The notes below the pieces were generated by a model, which searched no databases, was not told the origin of the DNA, and saw only the letters and a list, made by a program, of their open reading frames with translations. A stretch of 62,799 bases of DNA, filler included, from Desulfonatronovibrionaceae bacterium (GTDB lineage: Bacteria > Desulfobacterota > Desulfovibrionia > Desulfovibrionales > Desulfonatronovibrionaceae), in NCBI GenBank assembly GCA_046539845.1. It is 4 parts of 4 records of this genome, joined end to end, with 100 filler letters (N's around TTAATTAATTAA, not from the genome) between each part and the next. Parts side by side here need not be neighbours in the genome. Positions count along the whole stretch, not along the records: positions 18,770 to 37,281 come from JBKHGE010000040.1; positions 37,382 to 55,876 come from JBKHGE010000041.1; 2 more parts are not named here. One strand, 5' to 3'. Each line of letters opens with the position of its first letter. Position 1 is the first letter of the stretch. A program made the translations under genes and the position numbers. This document shows, piece by piece, positions 28,561 through 38,609 of this stretch.

Positions 28561-30522
28561 ATGCTGCGTTTGAGTCTGAATGCGGTAAGCCACGGCTTTG
28601 ACGGTACGGACCTGTTCACTGATTTGAGCCTAGAGCTCTGTCCAGGGATGAAACTGGCTGTGGCCGGACCGAACGGATGCGGGAAATCCACTCTGCTGGA
28701 TATAATGGCCGGGGAGATCATCCCGGAGCGGGGCAATGTCTTTTACCCGAGTGGGGCCAGGATCGGCCGGGTTATGCAGGAGATAAGCGGCGATGATCTC
28801 CAGAGTCCGCTTTTAGATTATATGCTCGGGGTCCTGCCGGATTGGGGGCAGTTTTGGAGGGCATGGAAGGCCGCGGTGGACTGCGGGGATGAAAAGGCCC
28901 TGCACAGGCTGGCTGCCCGCCAGGAGGAACTGGAGCAGCGCTTCGGATACAGCCCGGAACACGAGGCGGAAAAGATCCTGCACGGGCTGGGTTTTTCGGA
29001 CGCGGACTTCCGTTGTCCCCTGGAGAGCCTGAGCGGCGGCTGGCGGGAGCGGGCCAAGCTGGCCAGGGTCCTTTTGCAGGGCGCGGATATGCTCCTTTTG
29101 GACGAGCCCACCAACCATCTGGACCTGGAGGCGGTGTTATGGCTGGAGGATTATCTGGCCGCCTTTCAGGGTGTTTTGGCCTTTGTCGCCCATGATCTGT
29201 ATTTTGTGGACAAGACGGCCTCGCACGTTTTGTATCTGGGATTTGACAGGCCTTATTTTCGGCCCGGCGGCTTGAGCGCCTTCTTTGACTGGCATGAGGA
29301 AAAGGAAGGGTATAAAAGGGACAGGGTTAAAGGACTGGAGGCCAGAATAAACCACAAACAAAAGTTTGTGGATCGGTTCCGGTATAAGGCGAGCAAGGCC
29401 AGACAGGCCCAGGCGCGGATCAAGGAGATAGAGGGGCTACGTCAAGAGATGCGCGGGCTGCAGGCGGACAAAAGCGGTCCCGGTCTGAGTTTTTCCTGGC
29501 CGGAACCGGAAAGGGGGAGCAAGGTCCCGGTGAGCGGAGCCGGGGTGTCTTTCGGATACAAAGAGGTGAGCCTGTTCCGGGATCTGGATTTCAGCATTAT
29601 GCGCGGGCAGAAGGTGGCCCTGGTCGGACCGAACGGCCGGGGCAAATCCACGCTTTTAAAGATCATGGCCGGGATGGTTGCCCCGGATAGCGGTGAGGTC
29701 AGGGTGGGGGCCAAGGTCAGTTTCGGGTATTACGCCCAGCACCAGACCGAAATACTGGAGAATGGAAACAGCGTTTTAGCGGAGATAAAAAGGCTTACCG
29801 GCTGTACCCGCGAGGAGGAGATCCGTTCTGTTTTGGGGCTGTTTCTTTTGGGCGAAAACATGTGGCCGGCTCGGGCGGGCAGCCTGAGCGGAGGGGAGAA
29901 ATCCAGGCTGATACTGGCCACGCTGTTTCTGGCCCGGGCCAACGTCCTTTTGCTGGACGAGCCCACCAATCATCTGGATATGGAAAGCCGGGAGGCCTTG
30001 ATAGCCGCCTTGCGTGATTTTTCCGGGACAGTAGTCCTTGTGGCCCACGACCGTCAGCTTTTGGACCAGGTGGCCGGGGAAGTATGGCTGGTCCGGGAGG
30101 ATGACCTCTATCCTTTGCGCGGAGGGGTGGAGGAGTATGTGCGCAGTTTCCGGGAGGACCGCTTTGCACCAATCCTGGAATCCGGGATGGAAAAGAAGAA
30201 AGAGCCCGGAGTCTCCTCCCGGAGGGTCAAAAGGATGCAGGCCGAGAAACGAAACGAGATCCACCGCAGGCTGAAGCCGCTGGAGGAGGAATTCGGCCGG
30301 CTGGAAAAACAGCTGGAGGAGGCGATCGTTTTTCAGGAGAAGGCAGAGGCGGCGTTGAGTTCTCCGGAGACCTATCAGGACCGGGAAAGGATAAAGGGGC
30401 TCACTCGGGAGCTAAAAAATTCACGGCAAACGTCGGAGGAAATTTTTGAGCGTATGTCCTGGATAGAGGCGGAGATGGAAGAGCTCAAAAAAGAGCGCGA
30501 GTCCTTAAAGGCAGGGGGCTAA
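28561..30522 (+). CDS. ABC-F family ATPase
   Basis: Two ABC domains (GPNGCGKST/LSGGW/DEPTNHLD and GPNGRGKST/LSGGE/DEPTNHLD), FRYKASKARQAQ linker, C-terminal coiled coil, no TM segments. Confidence 0.93.
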   Translation: MLRLSLNAVSHGFDGTDLFTDLSLELCPGMKLAVAGPNGCGKSTLLDIMAGEIIPERGNVFYPSGARIGRVMQEISGDDLQSPLLDYMLGVLPDWGQFWRAWKAAVDCGDEKALHRLAARQEELEQRFGYSPEHEAEKILHGLGFSDADFRCPLESLSGGWRERAKLARVLLQGADMLLLDEPTNHLDLEAVLWLEDYLAAFQGVLAFVAHDLYFVDKTASHVLYLGFDRPYFRPGGLSAFFDWHEEKEGYKRDRVKGLEARINHKQKFVDRFRYKASKARQAQARIKEIEGLRQEMRGLQADKSGPGLSFSWPEPERGSKVPVSGAGVSFGYKEVSLFRDLDFSIMRGQKVALVGPNGRGKSTLLKIMAGMVAPDSGEVRVGAKVSFGYYAQHQTEILENGNSVLAEIKRLTGCTREEEIRSVLGLFLLGENMWPARAGSLSGGEKSRLILATLFLARANVLLLDEPTNHLDMESREALIAALRDFSGTVVLVAHDRQLLDQVAGEVWLVREDDLYPLRGGVEEYVRSFREDRFAPILESGMEKKKEPGVSSRRVKRMQAEKRNEIHRRLKPLEEEFGRLEKQLEEAIVFQEKAEAALSSPETYQDRERIKGLTRELKNSRQTSEEIFERMSWIEAEMEELKKERESLKAGG

Positions 30523-30809
30523 CGCAAGCCGCATGACACCTGGCAAGTTGATAAGTCGAGCCGCGTGAACGCGAGAGAGGATGGCCGGGATTATCCGGGA
30601 ATTGATGTCCAAGCCGGCCGCAGTACCGGAATTCAGGAGCAGGGCAGTCCGGCAGGGTATGTTCAGCATGTGCGCAGCAGCGGATTGCTCAAAATGGTCA
30701 GAGGTGATATGTCCGTTTAGGAGATCATGCGGGCCAATGTCTAGCTTGGTCGGGAAGTGTAGCCGGGGTTAACCGATGCCGGCAGCGGGCGGATTAAGCA
30801 GGAGGAATT

Positions 30810-32015
30810 ATGCCGATATTCGATTACAAGGCAAGAAACAGGCTGGGCCGAAAGGTCAAGGGCGATCTTGATGCGCCGACCCTGGATATGGCTGAAAACA
30901 TCCTCAGGAAAAAGGGACTGCAGGATATAAAGGTCAAACCCAAGCCCAAGGATCTGTTTGAAGGCACTTTTCTGGAAAAAGGGGTCTCTTCCCGGGACAT
31001 GGTGGTCTTCAGCCGGCAGTTCGCGACCATGATCAACTCCGGGGTACCCATCCTGCAGGCCCTGCAGATCATGTGCGAGCAGACCGAGAATGATAAACTG
31101 CGACACACCCTTTTTGATATCCGTAACAATATTGAGAGCGGGTCCACGCTGTACGATGCCATGAAAAAATATCCGGATGTGTTTGATGCCCTGTATACGA
31201 ACATGGTTGATGCCGGGGAAACCGGCGGCGTACTGGACACGGTCCTGCTTAGGCTGTCTGAGTATATTGAAAAGGCGGCCAATCTCAGAGCCAAGGTCAA
31301 AGGGGCCATGATCTATCCGGCGGTAGTCCTGGTGGTCGCCCTTTTGGTTGTGGCCATTATCCTCCTTTTTGTCATCCCCAGCTTTGAGAACGTGTTCGCC
31401 AGCTTCGGCGGGGCTCTTCCCGCCCCCACCCAATTCGTGGTCAATTTAAGTGACTTGGTCCAGGAGAAATTCTTTTGGTTGCTCGGGGGGGTGATAGCTC
31501 TGGTGATCGGGTTCAGGCTCTTTTATAAATGGGAGCGGGGCAGGATACTGGTGGACCACTGGATTTTGTTCTTGCCGGTCATAGGCAAGCTTTTGCGTAT
31601 AGCCGCGGTGGCCAAATTCAGCCGCACCCTCAGCACCATGGTAGCCAGCGGAGTGCCCATACTCGATTCTCTGGACATTGTCTCCCGCACCTCCGGAAAT
31701 AAGACCATTGAGCTCGGGGTGCTCAAGGCCAGAAACAGCATCGCCGAGGGGCAGACTATTGCCGAGCCCCTGGAGGAGACCGCTGTGTTTCCGCCTATGG
31801 TCGTCCATATGATCTCCATCGGAGAGGCCACCGGGGCCCTGGACAACATGCTGGAAAAGATCGCCGACTTCTACGACGATGAGGTGGATGTGGCTGTGGA
31901 GGCGCTTACTTCTTTGATCGAACCGATCATGATCGTTTTCCTCGGTGTTGTCGTCGGAGGAATGGTGGTCAGCATGTACCTGCCTATATTTAGTATCGCC
32001 GGGTCTGTTTTGTAA
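30810..32015 (+). CDS. pilC: Type IV pilus inner-membrane platform protein (GspF family)
   Basis: FSRQFATMINSGVP, GETGGVLD, KVKGAMIYP, FSRTLSTM, GEATGALD, LIEP, MYLPIF. Confidence 0.93.
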   Translation: MPIFDYKARNRLGRKVKGDLDAPTLDMAENILRKKGLQDIKVKPKPKDLFEGTFLEKGVSSRDMVVFSRQFATMINSGVPILQALQIMCEQTENDKLRHTLFDIRNNIESGSTLYDAMKKYPDVFDALYTNMVDAGETGGVLDTVLLRLSEYIEKAANLRAKVKGAMIYPAVVLVVALLVVAIILLFVIPSFENVFASFGGALPAPTQFVVNLSDLVQEKFFWLLGGVIALVIGFRLFYKWERGRILVDHWILFLPVIGKLLRIAAVAKFSRTLSTMVASGVPILDSLDIVSRTSGNKTIELGVLKARNSIAEGQTIAEPLEETAVFPPMVVHMISIGEATGALDNMLEKIADFYDDEVDVAVEALTSLIEPIMIVFLGVVVGGMVVSMYLPIFSIAGSVL

Positions 32016-32070
32016 GCCAGGCGCTCGAGCGGAGAAATTAAAGAGCCAATAATTCACAAGGAGGATAGAG

Positions 32071-33099
32071 ATGCAGAAAAGACCTGTTGTTGCCGTGGCC
32101 GGGGCGACCGGAGCAGTGGGCAGGGAGATGTTAAAGATTCTGGAAGAGCGGGATTTCCCGGCCGAGGAGGTTATTCCTCTGGCCTCGTCTCGTTCCGCGG
32201 GTTCCAAAGTGGACTTCAAAGGCAAAGAGCTGAACGTACAGGAGATGACCCCGTCCTCGTTTAAAGGTGTGGACCTGGCCCTTTTTTCCGCCGGCGGGGC
32301 GGCCTCAAAAGAGTTTGCACCCTTGGCCGTGGACTCCGGTTGCGTGGTTGTAGATAATTCCAATGCTTGGAGAATGGATGCAAATACGCCCTTGGTCGTT
32401 CCTGAGGTCAATCCCGAAGACCTGAAGGGACACAGGGGAATAATCGCCAATCCCAACTGCTCGACCATCCAGATGGTTGTCGCCCTGAAGCCGCTTTATG
32501 ATGTCTCCCGGATAAAAAGGATCGTTGTCTCCACCTATCAGGCGGTTTCTGGATCCGGGAACAAAGCGATCGAGGAGCTGGGAAACCAGGTCCGCCGTCT
32601 GTTTAACGGTCTGGAGCCCGAAGCTGAGGTGTATCCACATCAGATCGCCTTTAACTGCCTGCCGCACATCGACAGTTTTCAAAAGAATGGATACACCGGG
32701 GAAGAGATGAAAATGGTCAATGAAACGCGTAAGATATTCCATGATGTACATATAGGCATAAGCGCCACCACCGTGCGGGTCCCTGTTTTTTATGGACACA
32801 GCGAATCTGTAAATATCGAGACCGAGAGTAGGATTACCGCCAAAGAGGCCAGGGCGATTCTTTCCCAGGCGCCCGGAGTGACCGTGCTGGACAATCCCGA
32901 GGAAAACGCCTATCCCATGGCGGTCCACGCCGCCGGAGAGGACGCCACCTTTGTCGGCCGTATCCGGGAGGACGACAGTGTGCCCTGCGGTCTGAACCTG
33001 TGGGTGGTCTCGGATAACATCCGCAAGGGCGCGGCCCTGAACACCATACAGATTGCCGAGACCCTGCTGGAGAATAATTTGGTCCGGGTCCCTGCCTGA
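32071..33099 (+). CDS. asd: Aspartate-semialdehyde dehydrogenase
   Basis: AGATGAVG, IANPNCSTIQ, STYQAVSG, VRVPVFYGHS, DNIRKGAALN. Confidence 0.97.
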   Translation: MQKRPVVAVAGATGAVGREMLKILEERDFPAEEVIPLASSRSAGSKVDFKGKELNVQEMTPSSFKGVDLALFSAGGAASKEFAPLAVDSGCVVVDNSNAWRMDANTPLVVPEVNPEDLKGHRGIIANPNCSTIQMVVALKPLYDVSRIKRIVVSTYQAVSGSGNKAIEELGNQVRRLFNGLEPEAEVYPHQIAFNCLPHIDSFQKNGYTGEEMKMVNETRKIFHDVHIGISATTVRVPVFYGHSESVNIETESRITAKEARAILSQAPGVTVLDNPEENAYPMAVHAAGEDATFVGRIREDDSVPCGLNLWVVSDNIRKGAALNTIQIAETLLENNLVRVPA

Positions 33100-33112
33100 G
33101 ACGGAGTGAATA

Positions 33113-34057
33113 ATGCCCAGAATCCTTGAGGAAAATGAGTATATAAAACATCTTTTGAGCAGACATCGTCCCAACGAAGAGGACTGCCTGGCCTTTTACG
33201 ATCACCGGCTGGGGGCGGTGTGCCGCAATCCCCGTTTGATGCTGGTCCCGGTGGATGACCACCTTGTCCATCGCGGGGACGGGGTGTTCGAGACCCTGAA
33301 GATGATCAACCGCCGCGTCTATCTCTTGGATGCACACCTGGAAAGGCTTCAAAAATCCTGTCGCGGATTGGATATCCGCATGCCTGCCCCAGCTGAGGAG
33401 ATACGGGCTCTGGTTCTGGATCTGCTCCGGGCGGTGGATGAAGAGAGCGCTTTGGTATCTATGTATGTGGGAAGGGGGCCGGGCGGATTTACCACGGATA
33501 TCCGGGAGTGTCCGGAGTCCAGCCTGTATATCGTGATCAGGCGCATGCACCATAGGCCGGAGTCTTTCTGGGAAAAGGGAGTAACCGTGTTCAAAACCGG
33601 GATCCCGGCCAAACAGGGATATCTGGCCCGGATAAAGACGGTCAATTATCTGCCCAATGTACTCATGAAAAAAGAGGCTGTGGAAAAGGGCTATGATTTT
33701 CCACTCTGTTTTGACGAGAACAATTTTTTAGCCGAGGGGGCCACGGAAAACGTGATAGTGGTCGATGAAAACGGCAAGCTGATTATCCCGGATTTTGTGA
33801 ACGCCCTGGCTGGGACTACGCTCATGCGGGCCCTGGAGCTTATCAAACATGAAAAGAACTTTATATTCCGGTCTATCAGTGAGGATGAACTGTATTCGGC
33901 CCGGGAGATCATCATGGTCGGAACCACTTTGGATGCAGTGGGGGTGATCAGATATAATGACAAACCGGTACACGACGTCCGTCCCGGGCCGGTGGCGTTA
34001 CGGCTGCGCCAACTTTTGCGGGAAGACGTGGACCAAAACGGCCTGCCTGTGGCCTAG
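33113..34057 (+). CDS. PLP-dependent class IV aminotransferase (D-amino-acid/ADC-lyase/BCAT-like)
   Basis: HRGDGVFET, HLERL, KTVNYLPN, EGATEN, LAGTT. Confidence 0.9.
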   Translation: MPRILEENEYIKHLLSRHRPNEEDCLAFYDHRLGAVCRNPRLMLVPVDDHLVHRGDGVFETLKMINRRVYLLDAHLERLQKSCRGLDIRMPAPAEEIRALVLDLLRAVDEESALVSMYVGRGPGGFTTDIRECPESSLYIVIRRMHHRPESFWEKGVTVFKTGIPAKQGYLARIKTVNYLPNVLMKKEAVEKGYDFPLCFDENNFLAEGATENVIVVDENGKLIIPDFVNALAGTTLMRALELIKHEKNFIFRSISEDELYSAREIIMVGTTLDAVGVIRYNDKPVHDVRPGPVALRLRQLLREDVDQNGLPVA

Positions 34058-34062
34058 TTCCC

Positions 34063-35124
34063 ATGCATGTGCTGCACCTGGACCTGGGGCCGGAGTTAAG
34101 GGGCGGCCAGAAGCAGGTATTGTACCTCCTGGACCATCTGGCTTCAGTACCGGGGATAAACACCTCTTTGGGATGCCTGTCCGGGTCTTCTCTGGAACGG
34201 GCCGCTTCTGGGGATACGGAGGTGTTTTCTTTTCCTTCCCGCCAGGAGATTGATCCCAGGAATTGGGTTCGGCTTTTTTCTGCTCTGCGGGAAAAAAAGC
34301 CGGCTATAGTCCACACCCATGAGCCGCGTTCCGCTTCTCTGGCCGCTTTGTTTAAGCAGATCTCCCCTTTTTCTTTTTTTTTGCTGCACACCCGCCGGGT
34401 CTCTTATCCCCTGTCCGGTAAATGGGGCCGCCAAAAGTACGCGTGTGCGGATATTGTCTGCTGTGTAAGCCGGGAAGTCGCGGATATATTGGTCACCTCC
34501 GGCGTGCCGGAAAGCCGCATTCGCCTGGTACCCAGCGCAATCGCTGTGAACAGGTACAAGCAAAGGCAGGTCGAATCCAGGGCGAGCTTGAGTCTCGGGG
34601 TTATCGGGGCCCTGACCCCGCAAAAGGGACACGAAGTCTTGTTTCACTCCCTGACCCGTGTGGGCATAGATTTCCGCCTTTATGTGGCCGGAGAGGGGGA
34701 ACTTCTGCCCGATCTCGTCCATTTGGTTCGAAAGCTGGGCCTGGAGGACAGGGTGGAGTTCTGTGGTCGTGTCCCGGCGGCAGAGCTTTTGCCCCGTTTG
34801 GATGTGGCAGTGATCCCTTCAGTGGACGGGGAGGGGAGTAATGCGGTAATCAAGGAGGCCTGGGCCTCTGGAGTACCGGTTGTGGTTTCCGATCTGCCGT
34901 CTAATACTGAGCTTGTAACCCATAAAAGGCATGGTCTGGTTTTCCCGGTCCGCGATCCGGACACATTGGCCTCCCGGATCCGGGAGCTGCATGCCGATCC
35001 GGACTTGGCCCGCAGTTTGGTTGAAAACGGCCTCATTCGGGTCAAGGGGTTTGATGTCCGGACAATGGGCCGGACCTACGCTGCGATTTATGCCCGGCTC
35101 GCGGACACAAGAAAGGGGGGCTGA
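34063..35124 (+). CDS. Glycosyltransferase family 4 protein
   Basis: RGGQKQV, HTH, QKGH, PSVDGEGSNAVIKEAW (GT-B ExxxxxxxE motif). Confidence 0.88.
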   Translation: MHVLHLDLGPELRGGQKQVLYLLDHLASVPGINTSLGCLSGSSLERAASGDTEVFSFPSRQEIDPRNWVRLFSALREKKPAIVHTHEPRSASLAALFKQISPFSFFLLHTRRVSYPLSGKWGRQKYACADIVCCVSREVADILVTSGVPESRIRLVPSAIAVNRYKQRQVESRASLSLGVIGALTPQKGHEVLFHSLTRVGIDFRLYVAGEGELLPDLVHLVRKLGLEDRVEFCGRVPAAELLPRLDVAVIPSVDGEGSNAVIKEAWASGVPVVVSDLPSNTELVTHKRHGLVFPVRDPDTLASRIRELHADPDLARSLVENGLIRVKGFDVRTMGRTYAAIYARLADTRKGG

Positions 35125-35307
35125 AAACGGCTCTTGGACTAGCCTTATGGCCGTTTATATCTGATTCGCCTTTGGAGTGTCTAACTTTCACCTTGGGCCC
35201 TTTACTGGTCCCGCCAATCCAGCATCCGAAAATACCAGGCGGAGGAAAATTAAAAGATCCATACTCTGTGACGATGAGCCGTCCACTTTCACCGAGGAGC
35301 CTTGAGA

Positions 35308-36132
35308 ATGTCTGAGTTGGCTGTACTTATGGACAACAGTCGTTTGAGCGGTTTTTGTGCCGAACACGGCCTGAGTGTGCATGTCAGGCTGGATAACGGG
35401 CGCAGTTGGCTTTGGGATACCGGCCTGAGCGGGAGCTTTGCGGACAATGCCGCGCTTTTGGGTCTGGATCTTCGGGAGATATGTGGCTGTGCTTTGAGCC
35501 ATGGCCATTACGACCATACCGGCGGGCTGGATACTCTTTTCCACCTTCCGGGCGGCAAAGGGTTTTCCCTTTATGCCCACCCGGAATTTAGCCGCGAGAG
35601 GTATGTTATTCGTCCGGATTCTTTGTGTTATGCAATTGGGATAAAAACCGTTGATCTGGAGCAGATCAAGAAAAGGCATACGCCTGTACGCGGGGTGGTG
35701 GAGCTGGATGAAGGCTTAATTATGCTCACGGATGTGGAAAGGCTGGAAGGTAACTTTCAGGCCACGGACAACTTTTATCTGGATCCGGCGTGCACCAAAA
35801 AGGATTGCATCCCGGACGACGCCTGTCTGGTTTTGAATACTCCCTTCGGAGCGGTGCTTATCCTGGGATGTTGTCATAGCGGGTTGGCCAACACCTGTTT
35901 TTATGCCCGCAAAAGACTTGGAATAGACCGGTTTTATGCCCTTATAGGCGGGACCCATCTGGCTTCCGCGTCCGAAGAGGCGCTTAATCAGGCGGCACAG
36001 ATCATCCGGGATTTTGGGTTTTCCTGGATCTGGCCCGGACATTGTACCGGCCAAATGGGCTTTGAATACCTGCAAAATACTTTTCCGGACCGGGTCCGAC
36101 CCCTGGGCTCCGGTCTCCGGCTGGAGTTTTAG
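35308..36132 (+). CDS. MBL-fold metallo-hydrolase (COG1237-like)
   Basis: AEHGLS, DTG, LSHGHYDHTGG, GCCHSG, GGTHL, HCTG. Confidence 0.9.
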   Translation: MSELAVLMDNSRLSGFCAEHGLSVHVRLDNGRSWLWDTGLSGSFADNAALLGLDLREICGCALSHGHYDHTGGLDTLFHLPGGKGFSLYAHPEFSRERYVIRPDSLCYAIGIKTVDLEQIKKRHTPVRGVVELDEGLIMLTDVERLEGNFQATDNFYLDPACTKKDCIPDDACLVLNTPFGAVLILGCCHSGLANTCFYARKRLGIDRFYALIGGTHLASASEEALNQAAQIIRDFGFSWIWPGHCTGQMGFEYLQNTFPDRVRPLGSGLRLEF

Positions 36133-36275
36133 GTCGGGTGGTTAAGTGTTATGCGATTAGGGAGTCGATATGCGGTGGGCATGGCTGGAATGGAACCAAG
36201 GCCTGGCCTCAAAAAGATTATCCCTCGGGTTGCGCCTTGTTTTGTCTTAAAGCCAGTAAAGCCCATTGCCGCAGC

Positions 36276-36318
36276 CACATAATCACTTAATCACATAAGC
36301 ACTTAATCACCTAATCAC
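36276..36318 (+). repeat. Tandem 8-mer repeat CAC(A/T/C)TAA(T/G), about 5.4 copies, with a degenerate inverted copy at 36138-36161
   Basis: CACATAAT CACTTAAT CACATAAG CACTTAAT CACCTAAT CAC; opposite arm GTGGTTAA GTGTTAT GCGATTAG G. Confidence 0.8.
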
Positions 36319-36325
36319 GTTCCGC

Positions 36326-36937
36326 CTACAGCTTTTGCTCTTTCTCCCGGAAGCAGGGCAGGCACAAATATTCCCCGCCCATCATCCGTGCCCGGGATTC
36401 CATAACTGGCTCCCCGCATGCAAAGCAGGTAACACTGCCCAGGATCCGCGCCTTTCGTGGCAGTTCCCGTTTCACAGGTCCTTTTTGGAATAGAGCGGGC
36501 AAAGAGGCCTGCATTATGCGCTGGGTATAGATGTGGCGCAAATCAGCAAGTTCCTGGGTTTCTACTGCTTCTAAGCTGCCATTGGCTCCTTTCTTGTGCA
36601 GTGCTCTCAGCCTGTCTCTTCCCGGAAAATCGATCTCTTGGCACAGGATGCGCAGGTTATGTCCGGTCTCCCGGTTGTAAAAGGAAAAGGCGTTTTTGCC
36701 TATGTCCCAATGAATGAGATTGCCTTTCCCGTAGGTGCAGCCAAGCAGAAATTGTATGGCGTCCACAGCGCACATATCTGTCTCGGTTATACAGACCACT
36801 TCTTCGTCATATGCGGTCCCCACCTCTTTTACGGCCAGTTCCGCCGCCCGGATACCGGTGGCCAGGCCGGGACAGGAATGCCCGTGAAAGGAGATGGTGT
36901 CTTCAATAGTCTTTTGCGAATAAGTACATCCGGACAT
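36326..36937 (-). CDS. FmdE family metal-binding protein with C-terminal zinc finger
   Basis: FHGHSCPGLATG, CAVDAIQ, GCTYGKGNL; C-terminal CxxC-x18-CxxC (CFAC...CLPC). Confidence 0.9.
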   Translation of the reverse strand: MSGCTYSQKTIEDTISFHGHSCPGLATGIRAAELAVKEVGTAYDEEVVCITETDMCAVDAIQFLLGCTYGKGNLIHWDIGKNAFSFYNRETGHNLRILCQEIDFPGRDRLRALHKKGANGSLEAVETQELADLRHIYTQRIMQASLPALFQKGPVKRELPRKARILGSVTCFACGEPVMESRARMMGGEYLCLPCFREKEQKL

Positions 36938-37000
36938 AAACCCTCGATAACATATTTTATTATTTTGTTTTATGTTTCGCTACCAGTTACCAAATTGATA

Positions 37001-37029
37001 TTATTAATTAAGCATAAAAGAAATGTCAA
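37001..37029 (-). promoter_or_regulatory. Putative sigma70 promoter for the FmdE-like gene
   Basis: Minus strand TTGACA-17 nt-TAATAA in an AT-rich region about 65 nt upstream of the ATG. Confidence 0.5.
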
Positions 37030-37281
37030 CTGCAAGGAAAGGAGACTGTCCGGATATTGAGGAGGTTAGTTTTGGTTTGCGGGCAAATAGTCTTGAACGT
37101 ATTTTTGCAGGGGGAAAAACAAGATCTTAGGGGTAGCAGGGCCGATTTCCTGCCCGGGATATAAAAAGGCTTAGCTGATGGGTATACTTTTACGGGTGCA
37201 CGATAGTTTTTTAATTCCGGGCAAAGCACTGGTGTCCCAACAAACTTTTTTAGACATTAGATAACTTACTATAATTTTTTA

Positions 37282-37381
37282 NNNNNNNNNNNNNNNNNNN
37301 NNNNNNNNNNNNNNNNNNNNNNNNNTTAATTAATTAANNNNNNNNNNNNNNNNNNNNNNNNNNNNNNNNNNNNNNNNNNNN
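37282..37381. other. Artificial contig linker
   Basis: N44-TTAATTAATTAA-N44. Confidence 0.98.
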
Positions 37382-37394
37382 CGGGAGGGAAACA

Positions 37395-38594
37395 ATGCGA
37401 GAGGTTGTAATAGCCGGATATCTGCGTACCCCACAGTCCAGAGCCCGGCCCAAGGATCCGGGGCGGGACTGGCTTCACGCCCTGCGCGCGGATGATCTGC
37501 TGGCCGCGGTTATCCCGCGGCTTTTGCAGCAAACCAATGTAAACTCCGAAGAACTGGACGACTTTCTGGTCGGATGCGCCCTGGGCGTGACCGAAAACTG
37601 GACATTTGGCGGACGCACCCCGCTTTTTCTGGCCAATCTTTCCCCTTCGGTACCGGCCCGGTTCCTGGATCAGCAGTGCGGGTCGGGCATGGCCGCCCTG
37701 CACATGGGATACCTGGAGATAGCCGCCGGATTCGCAGACACGGTTCTGGCCTGCGGCATGGAGCACATGACCCGGGTGCCCATGGGCCCGAAACTCTTTA
37801 AGGACGGGACCCTGGTCATGCACCCGGATCTCTTTACCGCCCCAGAGCATGCGCATTGGGACATGGACACGACCATGGTCATGGGCAAGACCGCGGAAAA
37901 ATTGGCCCGGGAGACCGGATTCAGCCGGGAGGACATGGACTCCTGGGGGGTGCGCTCGCACCGCCTGGCTTCCGAGGCCCGGGATAGCGGATTTTTGTCC
38001 GGGGAAATCGTGCCTATTCAGGCCGCGCAGGAGAGCGGGGAAAAGCAGCTCATTGACCACGATCAGGGCATCCGGAACAATGTATCCCTGGAAAAGATGC
38101 TGGAACTGAAACCGGTGTTTGAGGAAGACGGGACCATCACCGCCGGGAATTCCTCCCCGCTCAATTCCGGGGCGGCGGGCATGCTCCTCATGTCCGCGGA
38201 CAAGGCGGAAAAATCCGAGCTCACCCCCCTGGCCAGGATAAAATCCATAGGCTTTGCCGGAGTGGATCCCACGCTAATGGGCAAAGGGCCTATTCCGGCT
38301 ACGCGCAAGGCCCTTGAAGACCGCGGACTGAAAGCGGCAGACATTGACTTTTGGGAAATAAACGAGGCCTTTGCCTTGGTTGTTTTAAACACCATCCGTG
38401 AACTGAAAATAGACCCGGACCAAGTGAACATCCACGGCGGGGCCCTGGCCATAGGTCATGCCATGGGCGCCACCGGCATCCGCCTGCCCGGGACCCTGGC
38501 CCGCATTTTAAATAAGAAAAAAGGCAAAACCGGCTGCGCCGCCGCCTGTGTTGGGGGAGGCCAGGGAGTGGCCACGATCATTGAGAACATTTAA
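37395..38594 (+). CDS. Acetyl-CoA C-acyltransferase (thiolase)
   Basis: QQCGSG, TAGNSS, INEAF, GHAMGATG, CVGGGQG. Confidence 0.95.
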   Translation: MREVVIAGYLRTPQSRARPKDPGRDWLHALRADDLLAAVIPRLLQQTNVNSEELDDFLVGCALGVTENWTFGGRTPLFLANLSPSVPARFLDQQCGSGMAALHMGYLEIAAGFADTVLACGMEHMTRVPMGPKLFKDGTLVMHPDLFTAPEHAHWDMDTTMVMGKTAEKLARETGFSREDMDSWGVRSHRLASEARDSGFLSGEIVPIQAAQESGEKQLIDHDQGIRNNVSLEKMLELKPVFEEDGTITAGNSSPLNSGAAGMLLMSADKAEKSELTPLARIKSIGFAGVDPTLMGKGPIPATRKALEDRGLKAADIDFWEINEAFALVVLNTIRELKIDPDQVNIHGGALAIGHAMGATGIRLPGTLARILNKKKGKTGCAAACVGGGQGVATIIENI

Positions 38595-38609
38595 GCCATA
38601 GGAGGAGAC

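Noticed and set aside
36938..37281. Cobalamin riboswitch or NikR/Fur operator upstream of the FmdE-like gene, and a possible IS end (GGTGTCCCAACAAAC) near the contig end
   Set aside because: No B12-box or convincing operator palindrome seen. The IS-end idea cannot be supported without a partner end or transposase.
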